Assembly (NCBI GenBank): GCA_951406725.2
Contig: OX597814.1
Location: 114,576,001-114,640,000 of the forward strand
Reading direction: 5' to 3'
From: Octopus vulgaris
Lineage: Eukaryota
Length of the DNA: 64,000 nt
Part shown: one piece after another, positions 51,011 to 64,000 of the stretch
Layout: each line of letters starts with the position of its first letter
How positions within the stretch are numbered: the stretch's first letter is position 1
Translations under genes and position numbers: made by a program
The notes under the pieces: model-generated
What the model was told of the DNA's origin: nothing
The model's database searches: none
The model's input: only the letters and a program-made list of their open reading frames with translations

Positions 51011-51593
51011 ATTATATCTGTGTAGGTGCATGATTGTATTTATATAAGTATATTGAACATTATAAATGGCTGGTTTTGCTGTGCTGTTTTTCGTACAGAA
51101 GTTAGTTGCTTATTTGTTTTTTTTGCATCGGTGCTGATAACAAGATAACTAGCTTTGTTCATTGAGCAAATGAAATACAAATTAGAGAACAGTACGCTAA
51201 GACTCACATAACAAATATTACGTAAATCTATATTATTTTACTGAAGCGTCATTACGGACGCTGACTACGTGTTAGGGATATTGTATATTGATTTCAAGTA
51301 AATTTGTTCTCGGAAAGTAGTATTATTGATTAAATCAGCAACTTATTGTACTGATCCAACACATTCCTAGTGCACGTCTCATCAACTATAGAAGTTGAAC
51401 CCATAATGTAATAGAGAAACTTCACAGTTTATGATGTCCTGCCTTTTTTTATAAACATTTAATATTGATTTCTTTTATTCATACAAGGCCATCAATTTTG
51501 GTGGGATGATTAAATCGGCACTTATACTAGACTGCTAGCGCTGCTATTTTGTTTCGTATGCATTTGAAAGTTTTAAATTATATATATATATAT

Positions 51594-51890
51594 AGGGAGA
51601 ATTCACGAAAGAAATAAAAGACGAAGACAGGTGTTGTAGAAAACAAACAGATGTATTAGTATAACGCTCAGGAATTGAAAAAATGTACTTTACGTTTCGA
51701 GCCTACGCTCTTCTACAGAAAGGAACACAAAAAGAAACAAGGAGAGAAACAAGGGGAGAAAAAAATGTGTGTAGTGGCGACTGCTGGACCGAAGGGCCAC
51801 ACAGGAGAGCGAAGAAGTAGGGAAGATAACAAAGTAAAGATGATCCCCAAAACGAAGGTGTGTGTGTGTAAGAGAGTACGTATGTGCGTG
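51594..51890 (-). mobile_element. Penelope-like repeat with a minimal hammerhead-like motif (51688-51722)
   Basis: Minus strand CUUU [CUGUAGA] A GAGC-guag-GCUC [GAAA] CG UA AAG; flanks homologous to 20830-20990. Confidence 0.55.
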
Positions 51891-52819
51891 TGAAAGTTAG
51901 GAAAGTTAGGTATACAAATACATGAATGATATGATTGGTTGCATCATTTTTTTGTGTACTTTCCATGTAAAAACACGTCTTAAGCCTACTATTATTTATT
52001 TGCATTTCCTGCTTCCATATTTTCTCTATGAAGATCATTCTTATAGATGACCTCCTGCGTCGGAACTAACTACTGGGGATAAAAGAACTGGAGTTTAAGT
52101 TTCGAGAGCACATCATCTTCGCTCTAGCATTCTTCAAGTCTATCTCTCTTTGTGTGTGTAAATGTGTGTGTGTGTGTGAATGTGTGTGTGTGTGTGTGTG
52201 TTGTGTGATGTATATATAACACACTCACTCACACGCACACATCTATGCGAGTGTTTGCGTTTGTGCATGCGTGTTATAAATGTTGTTTTAGAGTAAAAAG
52301 TAAACAAGAAATAAATCATGACGGAGAGTTTATCCAGATGCTACACGGGTTACATTTTTTAATTTCCCGGAAACACTAATTGGTAAACCTACATAATCAG
52401 ATTGTTGGAAATGGATATTGACTGATATAATATTTAGTCCATCAGATGTACGATCCTTACTCAAAACAGCAAAGCTGATGAAAGTTTTACACTATTTGTT
52501 AGACATTTATAAACCTTAAAAAAAAACTTTTATACAAGATATCAGTCTTGTATAAAGGTTTTATAACGTCTTAAAACTAAAAGGAACATCCTCTATATAA
52601 ATAGTTAATATGTTTTGGAAATATCATTGTAATTCTTCTCCCCCCCCCCTCTGTCTCTGCCTATCTGTTTTTCTTCTCGTTCTACTAAGTTTGAATTTGA
52701 TATTTCAAACACAGATTGAGAGATATAAAAGAATAAATATTTCTGAAATGCAGTGTTAGCACGAGAGCCTTATAAGAAAATACGCTCGTGTCATATACAT
52801 ACATAAGTTAATAATACTT

Positions 52820-53455
52820 ACATAGCTAGCTAGCTAGCTACCTACCTACATACATACATACATACCTACATACATACCTACATACCTACCTACCTACCTA
52901 CATACATACATACATACCTACCTACATACATACATACATACATACATACCTACCTACCTACCTACCTACCTACCTACCTACCTACCTACCTACCTACCTA
53001 CATACATACATACATACCTACATACCTACCTACCTACCTACCTACCTACCTACCTACATACCTACATACTACATGCCTACCTACCTGCCTACCTGCCTAC
53101 CTGCCTACATACCTACTTACCTACCTACCTACCTACATACATACATACCTACTTACATGCCTACCTACCTGCCTACCTGCCTACCTGCCTACCTAGCTAC
53201 ATACCTACCTACCTACCTACCTACCTATCTACATACCTACCTACCTACATACCTACATACTTACCTACCTACCTACATGCCTACCTACCTACCTGCCTAC
53301 CTGCCTACCTACCTACCTACCTACCTACCTACCTACCTACCAAGTTACCTACCTACCAACCTACCTACATACATACCTAACTACATGCCTGCCTGTCTGC
53401 CTACCTACCTACGTACCTACCTGCATACCTACCTACCTAGCTACATACATACATA
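52820..53455. repeat. Compound tetranucleotide microsatellite (AGCT/ACCT/ACAT/GCCT)
   Basis: Visible ~630-bp in-phase 4-mer mosaic. Confidence 0.95.
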
Positions 53456-53784
53456 TATAGAGAGAGCATGTCTAGATATGTAACTATACGCATGAAAATA
53501 CATACATAAAACAAAACATACAAATTTGCACGTATACATACATACATACATACATACAATCGCGAGAAATTTTACTTCTAAAACCAAGAAAGGAGAAAGT
53601 TGATTCAAAGACTACATATTCAGGCCATCAATGGAACTGTAAAGGTTTGTAAAACGTTCCAGAAGTTTAACATTTCAGTGAAATGCAACTATATGCACTG
53701 GAATACATACATAAAGCACCTCTACACATGCACGGATTCCAAATACTGCACATATACACGCGTACATATATAATTACCCTTTTT

Positions 53785-54113
53785 TTACTTTTATTTTTTT
53801 CAATCATTTGACTGCGGCCATGCTAAAGCACCGCCTTTAGTCGAACAAATCGACTCCAGGACTTATTCTTTGTAAGCCTAGTTCTTATTGTATCGGTCTG
53901 TTTTGCCGAACCGCTAAGTTACGGGGATGTAAACATACCAGCATACATAAACACACACACACATATATATATATATGAAGGGCTTCTTTCAGTTTCCGTC
54001 TATCAAATCCACTCACAAGGTCGGGCCGAGGCTATACTAGAAGATACCTAGCCAAGTTGCCACGCAGTGGGACTGAACCCGGAACCATGTGGTTGGTAAG
54101 CAAGCTTACTTAC
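53785..54113 (-). mobile_element. SINE family B
   Basis: Reverse complement of the family B sequence with internal deletions. Confidence 0.85.
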
Positions 54114-54660
54114 CTGCGATGTTCTTGAAATTCCAATGAAGGTGCTTTATATCTAGCTTAGAAACCAGTTCTTTCTCTACTGGCAAGACATTTTGAAATA
54201 AAACCGAATAATTACACATACATAATGCATACTTATTTACCTATTTATATGCATGTATATATGTATGTATACACACATGCACGTACGTTTGTGTGTGCGT
54301 GCGTTTGAATTTACAAACCAGAAAAAAATAAATCTTAGTTTATTCTTTTGTTTTAGTCTTTGGATTACGTCAATACTGAAAGAATTTCTTCAAGAGATTT
54401 GTCGAAGAAATCGACCCCAGTTTTTTAATTTTAAATTTGGTATTTATTCTATCGATTTTAAAAATAATCCAAGCTACTTATTTACCGGGACGGCGAACAC
54501 CTGGTGTTAAGTGGTAGAGAACAAGATAAAAGAGATACACATAGGCGCAGGAGTGGCTGCGTGGTAAGTTGTTGCTTACCAACCACATGGTTCCGGGTTC
54601 ATTTCCACTACGTGGCACCTTGGGCAAGTGTCTTCTACTTTAGCCTCGGGCTGTGGTAGA

Positions 54661-54712
<52 letters not shown>

Positions 54713-54903
54713 ATTAATATATATGTATATATGCATACGTATATGTACATACTTACATCTATACGTATAGATATAAGCATACGAGGGGACAATGAATAAG
54801 CCAGAGGTTATAGTAGAAGACAATCATCCAAGGTGCCACGCAGTGGGACTGAACCTAGAACAATATTGTTGAGAACCAAGCTTTTTACCACACACTTTAC
54901 ATG

Positions 54904-54952
<49 letters not shown>

Positions 54953-57294
54953 CAGTGTATTACTACGAGTTACAACGCACTTTCTCGTATTATTGTAGCT
55001 TTCGAATGATGCTAATCCGTTGTCACGCAAGCCAATATTCCCCTCGAACAGAACGTCAGTCCGTCGCAGTGTTACACATCTACGGCTGAGTGGACTGGTA
55101 TCAATTGAAGTGTTTTGCGAGGGAATATGCGTAGCACCGGTCTGGGAAATCGAAACCACAATCTTGTGATCGGATATAAAATATCCTATCCACTAGGCCA
55201 CACCTCAAACACAGATATACGCACACATACATACACACTCATACAAACATACGCGCATACGTACACACACAAACCTTCACATATATAAATGCATACATAC
55301 ACGATCATGCATGTATGTGTATATGTGTGTGTATATACTCAAACAGTTGTTGTAATTTTAATGATCATCTCTATATTCAGATACATTGATGTCAGTTGGG
55401 TGATGTTTGTTGCCCCAAATGAGTAAATGCTACCAAAGTTATCTGGCAGCAGACATTTTCTTCTGCAAACAGAATTTATTCCGTTTGAGACTGAAGATTC
55501 TTCAAGAATCGCATAATTTCCTGTCTGTATTTGGATACTACAACTTGTAATCTTCCATTTTAGAATCCAAATACACACTACCCCTACAAGCAAAGATGGC
55601 ACCGTTTCGATCAATTGACGTAAAGTGTTGGAAATCTGACTGCACAAAAGCATAGTCAAATAAATGTACAGCCAATGCTATAACCAAAAATATTTATATT
55701 CTTGTTTTGTTCAATACTGCGTCGCCTGACCTAGCAAGTGCAGGTTAAAAGACACTCCAACCATGCCTGTCCTATCTTTCTTCAGTCAATGTACATAAGA
55801 CTGCATCAGCTAATCCTTTTTATCTCTATTAAAATGGTTAGATGTGACCTGAAGGCAATCTGGTTCTAAATTCTAATAGGTTCACCCGTTATTTAAAATC
55901 TCTCTCCGTTGTCTCAAGATGTAATGCACAACATGAAATGATATTGTACGTTATTCCCACTTTTTTTTTCTAAGACAAAAATAATCGCGTTTTAAGAGAA
56001 ACTAGAACAATTATATGAACAAAACACAAAAATATACTTTCAAACATATTCCTGAGATTTCCCATTTCGAAAAATATTTTCTGATCAGGAAATATCTCCA
56101 AACAAATTACAAATACTATTAATCACTTAGTTCATAATGAGTTGTAGAATCGCTATTGTTCTTTAGTTCACCAGAGACACCCAAAAATAGATAACAGTAT
56201 TATTCCACGCGAATGTTGAAGACCATTCTATTAATGTCCATTCACCGGAAGTTAATAATACAATGATGGAAGACAATAGTTTAACTCTCCAAACTCTCTC
56301 TAAGAATACTTTATTAATATGTATCTTTTATCTTTTATTTGTTTCAATCATGAAACAGCGGCCATGCTGGGGTATCACCCCGAAGAATTTTTAGTCGAAT
56401 GAATAAACACTAGTGCATTTTTTAAAGCTTGGTACTTATTCTTTCATACCGAACCGCTATGTTTACTGAGACGTAACCACACCAACATCGGTTGTCAAGC
56501 GGTGTGGGACACAAACAAAAACACAGACGCACGCACCCCCATATATATTAGCCTTCTTCACTGTATCAAAAATACCGAAACTCCCAAGAATTTCAGACTC
56601 TCTACAAAGCTCAAATGTGATTTACAATAACATTTTGGTTTCAAAATTTGGCACAAGGCCAGCAATTTTGAAAAGAGAGGCCTAGTCAATTGCATTGACC
56701 CTAGTGGTCAACTGCTACTTTTTAAATCGACCCCAAAAGGATGACAGGCAAAGTCGGCTTGCCTACGATCTGCCTATTCGCTGCTATATTTGTGTTCATA
56801 AACATTGGTTTCAAATTTCACACAAGGCCAGCAAATTCGGGGTGGAGTAAGTTGATTACATCGACCTCAACTGGTATTTATTTCATCGACCCCGAAAAAA
56901 TGAAAAGCAAAGTCTACACCAGCGGAATTTTGACTCAAAACCTGAAGACAAGACAATACATTGCTAAGTATTTTGCCCGGCATGCTATCAATCCTACCTG
57001 CTCGTCGCCTTGATCTCCAATAAAATATTTCACTCGTATCTGAAAAGCAGTTGCATCTTTAGGATGCACTCAAACGTATTCTACCCAATTGATTAGAAAG
57101 AGCTCACCCAAACAGTCTATTTTTCTTTTGGACTCACAAATACTTTAGTTCCCCACTTTTCTTTTTCTAAATCCATTACATCTGTTTCTGAGACGTAACT
57201 GTTTTTATACCACCTTCTCCGAAGTCCACCCAACATTTTCCCCTCCGTTATCTCCTTCCAGACCCATGATAAACACTGTTGAATTTATAAAAGA

Positions 57295-57498
57295 TACTCT
57301 TTTACTTGTTTCAGTCATTTAACTGTAGCCATGCTGGAGCACCGTCTTTAGTCGAGCAAATCGACCCCAGGATTTATTCTTTGGAAGCCTAGTACTTATT
57401 CTATCGGTTTCTTTTGCCGAACCGCTATGTTACGGGGATGTAAACACATCGACATCGGTTCTAAAGCAATGTTGGGGGCACACAGACACACACATATG

Positions 57499-57575
<77 letters not shown>

Positions 57576-57706
57576 GGCGAGCCTCTTTCAGTTTCCGTCT
57601 ATGAAATCCACTCACAAGGCACCTAGCCAAGGTGCCACGCAGTGAGACTGAACCCTGAACCATGTGGTTTGTAAGCAAGCTACTTACCACACAGCCACTC
57701 CTACGC
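57295..57706 (-). mobile_element. SINE family B
   Basis: Reverse complement of the family B sequence. Confidence 0.88.
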
Positions 57707-58222
57707 TTTTGGCTACTTACCACACAGAATTAATTACAAAAATTATCTTTAGCTGAAAGAACTGCAATCTATAATGAATTATATCACATCCCATGATATT
57801 TCAACGAGCTTCTGGAAAGTATTTTGCGTAATGATGTAGGAAGTCGTCCTCGCGAAGCACTATAACTCTATTCATAATGTTTGACTAACACATTGGCACT
57901 TGTGTAATTATAGCAAATGATTTTAGTAAAAGTCTAATGTTAGGACCTTCTTTTGAACAGAGGACATATTTATTGATCATATATGACTTGAAAATCATTA
58001 CAATATATAATATTATATTTCGTCTGTTAAAATTTGCTGCGAATATGAATATTTGAAATGATTTGTGTATGTAAAAGAAAAAGGAAGTACACACATATAT
58101 ATGACCTCACGCACTTATATACCAATATTTACCATCTCTCTCTCAACCTCTCTCTCTATATATATATGTATGTATGTATGTATGTAAATATATATATATA
58201 TATATATACAAACATACATACG

Positions 58223-58321
<99 letters not shown>

Positions 58322-58338
58322 TATAAATATACGTACTA

Positions 58339-58738
58339 AGGCGGCGAGCTGGCAGAAACGTTAGCACACCGGGCGAAATGCTTAGCCGTATTTCGTCTGC
58401 CACTACGCTCTGAGTTCAAATTCCACCGAGGTCGACTTTGCCTTTCATCCTTTCGGGATCAATTAATTAAGTACCAGTTGCGCACTGGGGTCGATATAAT
58501 CGACTTAATCCGTTTGTCTGTCCTTGATTGTCCTCTCTGTGTTTAGCCTCTTGTGGGTAGTAAAGAAATAGTTATTTCGTCTATCTTTACGTTCTGAGTT
58601 CTAATTCTGCTGAGATCGACTTTGCCTTTCATCTTTTTGGGGTCGATAAATTAAGTACCAGTTGCGTACTGGGGTCGATCTAATCGACTTCCCACCCCTC
58701 CCACCACACTTCAAGCCTTGTGCCGAGAGTAGAAAAGA
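58339..58738 (+). mobile_element. SINE family A (dimer)
   Basis: Full head plus second unit ending GAGTAGAAAAGA. Confidence 0.92.
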
Positions 58739-58820
58739 TTATTAGTTAGTTGGTTAAATATTTAACTAACTAATCTATTGTTTGTTTATCTTGGTTAAAC
58801 AGTAAGTCATACATACATAA

Positions 58821-58854
<34 letters not shown>

Positions 58855-59062
58855 GTATACACACGCGCATGCCGGCACGAGGACACAGGCACGCAACAAG
58901 ATCTTACGCGGCTTTCGTATTGGACAAAGAGGAAGTCATTGAAAAGATTGTAAATAACAACGAAAGAGCTTTGAGAGAGAGAGAGAAAAAAAGACTTACT
59001 GTTTAAACAAGTTAAACAAAGAATCGATTAGTTAGTTGGATAGTTAACCAAACTGACTAATA
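58739..59062. mobile_element. MITE-like element with ~70-bp imperfect terminal inverted repeats
   Basis: 58739-58808 is the reverse complement of 58993-59062 (inner AAACAGTAAGTC/GACTTACTGTTT is perfect). Confidence 0.65.
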
Positions 59063-59934
59063 GTAAAGCAGTGGAGCTGAACTAGTGCGTGTGTTACTTA
59101 TATTTGCATAATGACTCTCCCTAGACACAGCACAATTTGTTTCAACACACGAATTCGCGTAAAGAATTTTACAAACCAGATACAAAAATTATGTTAAGTC
59201 TTAACTTAAAATTTGCTGGGAATATGTTGAAAATGACCTTTATACACAGAAAGAAATTATTACTCATACGCACAGATATTAAGATACGAAAGAAGTTCAA
59301 ACTGCAAAGGCATTGCGAGCACTGAAAGATCTCCGCAGATGCAATGTTGCAAAGAGGATGGTGGCTGAGTATTCCTGCAGGAATATTTTAACATCGACGC
59401 GGAAATGTCTAAGCGCAAGCAGGTACGTGTTGGCCCATATACATAATAGTTTCGTATCTGTGTGCTATAGTCTTACATAATGGTTCTTATAATAATGTGT
59501 AGTAAAGAGTATCTAGAAGCGCCTGCTGTGTGACAAAGAGTTTGCTTTCCGACCACCTGGTTCCGGGTTCAGTCTCCATGCGTGGGACCTTAAGCAAGTG
59601 ACATCTAGTATAGCAATGGGCTGACCAAAGCCTTGTGAGTGCATTTGGTAGACGGAAACTAAAAGAAGCCCGTCATATATTCTTCTATTCTGTGACTTGT
59701 TTCAGTCATTTGACTGCGGCCATGCTGTCGCACTGCCTTGAGTACTTCTAAGTTACAAGGACATAAACAAACCAGCATCGGTTGTCAAGCGATGGCGGGT
59801 GCATATACACAGACACACAAATATATACATACATACACACGCAAATACACACACACATATATCCGACGGGCTTCTTTCAGTTTTCCGTCTACAAGATTTA
59901 CTCAAAAGGCTTTGGTCTGTCCGTGGCTTTTGTA

Positions 59935-60259
59935 GGAGGTACAATGACCCAGTAGTTAGGGAAGCAGACTCACGGTCGTAGCATCGCGGTTTCGATTCCC
60001 AGACCGGGCGTTGTGAGTGTTTATTGAGCGAAAACGCCTAAAGCTCTTTCACCACAACTTTCTTCCTGTTTCTGTTGTACCTGTATTTCAAAGGACCAGC
60101 CTTGTCATACTCTGTGTCACGCCGAATCTCCCCGAGAACTACATTAAGTGTATACGTGTCTGTGGAGTGCTCAGCCACTTGCACGTTAATTTCACGAGCA
60201 GACTGTTCCTTTGATCGGATCAACTGATACCCTCGTCGTAGTAACCGACGGAGTGCCGT
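59935..60259 (+). mobile_element. SINE family C-related composite
   Basis: GGAGGTACAATGACCCAGTAGTTAGG head and GTTTCGATTCCC B-box. Confidence 0.8.
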
Positions 60260-60974
60260 GATATATATAAATATATATATATGTCCTTGTCTCCCACGAC
60301 CGCTTGACAACCGACGTTGGTCTGTTTACGTCCCCATAATCTAACTGTTCGGCAAAAGTTACTGAGAGAATAAATACCAGGTTCAAAAAAAAAAAATAAA
60401 TAAGTGGTGGGATTGATCCATTCGACTAAAATTGTCCAAGGCGGTGCCCCAGCTTGACCACAATCTGATGACTGAAGCAAGTAAAAGAATAATAGAATAA
60501 ATTCCATATTAAAGCTTGGGCGTCTTGAAAAAGAGTTATTTATAAATTTGTTAAAAAACGAACACGATTAAGAACACATGGCGAGCAATAGATTTCATTG
60601 CAGAGAGTCCTGGTAATTTTTATTTTTTATGTTTTTGTTTCCCAGTGCGCATTGACGTTTTAAAAACTGGCAACCGTTCATCGTATATTTCCGCATCGGT
60701 GTGAAAATTAGATTAAGCAATTTAAAATGATTCAAAATCACGAATTATGGAATTCAAAATCATGACATTAGCAAATTACCCAGGCATGCCTTTTTCATGA
60801 AGAATATGGCAGTAAGGCACACACGTGACTGTGTGGTAAGAAGCCTGCTTTCCAACTACATTTTTCTGGATTCAATTCTTCTGCATGACATTTTGGGCAA
60901 GTGTTTTCTTCTATAGCCTCAGGCCGACCTAAGCCTTGTGGATTTAGTAGACGGAAACTGAAAGAAGCCTGTCG

Positions 60975-61020
<46 letters not shown>

Positions 61021-61022
<2 letters not shown>

Positions 61023-61356
61023 CCTCGCAATATCGCGGTTTATTATTTAAGCTTATGTAAGGCGGGTATCTTATAGTCGTGATTCATATCGAGCCCTTCT
61101 GGGTATTAGCGCGCGTCTACGATTTTTAAAATAATTTACTATCATTTTTTTCCATTTTAATGCATTTTTTTCGCTATTAAGGAAAGTAACTCTCTAAAAA
61201 TGTCTACGATGAGTCAACGATTTAAAAAAAAATTTACCATCATTTTTTTTCCATTTTTAATGCATTTTTTTTGCTATTTTTTTGCTATAACTCTCTAAAA
61301 ATGCTTATATAGTTATTTCCCTTACAACCCCGAGCAACGCCGGGCGATACTGCTAG
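61021..61356 (+). mobile_element. Non-autonomous Helitron 3' portion
   Basis: Ends CCCGAGCAACGCCGGGCGATACTGCTAG|T, near-identical to the 3' end at 17793-17820. Confidence 0.75.
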
Positions 61357-64000
61357 TCCTACATAAAACATAACTGGAAAGATATCACGTCTTACTGGTG
61401 TTGGATTAACGGAGAATCTTGCCTCTCACAATATAGAAAAAATTCTCATGTCACCAGCACAAGCAAAATGGAAAAGGCTTTGCCCCGGAGGATACTCTTA
61501 CCAGCCGTTCGTTTCAGTTAAACATGCATACACACCCACAAACACGCACACTCAAACATACACGCATACACATACATGTACGTGTGTTTGTGTGGGCTTG
61601 TGTTTATAGATTTTGGCTTCACATTTTGGCACACAGCCAGCAATTTCAGAGAAGGAGTAGTCGATTAAACCAACCTCAGATCTTATGTAGTACTTACTTT
61701 ATCGACCCCGAAAGCATTAAAGGCAAAGTCGACTTCGGCGGAATTTGAACTCTAGACATAAAGACGGACGAAATACCGCTAAACCTTCTGCCCAGCATGA
61801 TAACGATTCTGCCAGCTTACTGCCTTTTTCTGTTTATAGATACTGGCTTCAAATTTTGCCGGAATGCCAGAAGTTTTAGAGGAGGAGGTAAGTCGATTAC
61901 ATCCACCCCAGCACTCAACTGATACTTATTTTATCGACCCCGAAATGATGTTAAGCAAAATCAAATCCGGTGACATTTGAACTCATAACGTAAAGTCGGA
62001 TGAAATGTCACTAAGCGTTTTGACCGGCCTGTTAACAGTTCTACTTGCTCGCTCCCTTGTGTGTTTATAGATATTAACGTATGTTTCATATTTCTATGAA
62101 TTTTAGATTGAATATAAATCTTTCATCCAATTTCTATAATCAGTTGCAATATTTCCTTTCAACTTTGGGTATAGCCACAAGAAAAGCATAACAGTTTAAC
62201 AGCTGCTTCTAATTTCTAAATCCACTGAAAGTATTTCGATTCCTGATAATCGCATCTCTATTTGTGTAATTAACTATATCAGATATAATCTTTTGATCCT
62301 CACCATACTCATTTAAATTAAAATTTCAAATATATTTGAAGGACTGTCCCTATAATTTATTAAACCTGTTACAAATGATTGCTTTCAAACAGGCAACAAC
62401 ATGCTGTATATAAACGTAGAGGAGATATGCATGGAAGGAACAAATGAACAATAAAATTTACCGTTCCAAGAAACTAATGATGGGTTATGTCTGTACGATA
62501 TAATTAATTTAGTTAATATTCCATCAGAGAAAATGGGAATACTTAAACTGTTAGAACTCACTCTCCTCGCGGCGCATGGATTTATGCTGTTCTAACAAAT
62601 ATTGTAAACATTTAAAGCATATATGACTGCTAGCTGCTATATATGCCAGTATTTGTTTCATCTATCACCCTTTTTTTCATCCTATCATTCGAATATTTTT
62701 TTGATGTTTTGTGTCCCCAATGTGTTGTAGTGTCCTATCTATGTAAAACCGTATGGTGAATAAAAAAATAGCAGTATTTGTTTCATTTGCCTTTTGGTTA
62801 TCTACATTTAAACAGGAATGGTCATTATTTTCTTAAAACAAAAAGATCGTTAGTAACCTAAAATTTAAGAAAATGATCCGAAAATTACGACCAAATATTT
62901 TAAACTAATAATATGAAAATTGAAAGAAAATATTGATAGAATACATTGAGAAAGCAGCAACCAAATATAAAATAATATAAAAGAATAATGTGCAGTGAAA
63001 ATTGATATAGTTGTGCAAAGAAAAGGTTTGATCATAAATAATTTACAAGCTGTCAGTTTTATAACTTTATCTTTTTTATATGAATACACATCTTGAAGCA
63101 AAATATTTTCTGTTTTGTTTATTTATAAGAAATAAAATAAATTTTCATAGTATTACATTTATTTCATAATTCTCTTCCTGGTCGCGACCAGTTTGCTGAG
63201 ACAATGCAAAAGTGTCACCATCAAGAAGTCTTTGTCTCACAGGGAATTCGAACGTAAGCTCAGATCTCTGGAGCATTTCTTTACAAAACTCGAGTTGGTA
63301 AACACTGAGTCTGGCCCAAGAATTTAATAATAATTTCTCTTGTTATTTTCGGCTAAATTCTAATTTTAAAATAATTGCATTTTATCATTTGTGATGAAAT
63401 ATATTATTTCATTTAAATAGATATTTACACTATTTAGATGTTCGTCTCCTTCTACCAGTGAAGCAGAACAAATTACCCGCTCCGTCTATGCGTGTGCTTG
63501 TATGTTTGCGTAAAAACAAAACTCATTCATCGCTTTCATTAGTTGACTGTTTTCCTTTTATTGTTTTCTCCTTACGCCAGAAAGATACGTATGACTAAAT
63601 GTTGATGAAATTACGAAGAAAATCAATGGGGAGATAGATAGCAATTTTAGATCGGATGACAACCATATCATTTGTTCAATAGCAACCTAATAGTCGTTCA
63701 ACATTTAAACAATAATTTGTTTTGTAAGTCTAGGTTTAATAGATCAGATCACGGAAATATTTTAGTGTCCATGGTAACCATCCAAATAAAGTCCGGCATA
63801 TAGACAGCTAATCCAACTTTGGTAAAAATTGCAAGCGTTCTGATTAATTTGATTAAGAGCTGCAAAAAGAATTACCCACAATAAGTATTATAAAACCGTG
63901 CACGATCAATGACGAAAGTTTTTTTTTCTCCAAAATGATAGATAAAACAATGAAATTATTTCGTTTGGTCTTAAACAGGATATTAAATCTCTAATTGCAT

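Overview
AT-rich eukaryotic non-coding DNA, saturated with microsatellites and transposable elements. The SINE families and repeat spectrum suggest an octopod cephalopod (Octopus-like) genome; this is an inference. I cannot support any host protein-coding gene, and most ORFs in the track are microsatellite artefacts. Main contents: (1) a young, 5'-truncated Tx1/L1-group LINE sitting inside an (ATCT)n array; (2) a near full-length, decayed CR1-type LINE fused at its 5' end to a tRNA-derived SINE; (3) a full-length decayed mariner; (4) RTE, R4/Dong, Tc1/maT and Helitron remnants; (5) three families of tRNA-derived SINEs, with several copies in close inverted pairs. The most striking signal is a set of about ten type I hammerhead ribozyme (HHR) motifs in Penelope-like repeat fragments, including G3-C8 and U3-A8 core-covariation variants. 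Two intact HHRs lie exactly 530 nt apart in a non-coding direct repeat that is preceded by a ~270-bp inverted arm (4406-5462). This is a candidate retrozyme / self-cleaving circular-RNA element. All structures were read by eye; no folding program or database search was run.
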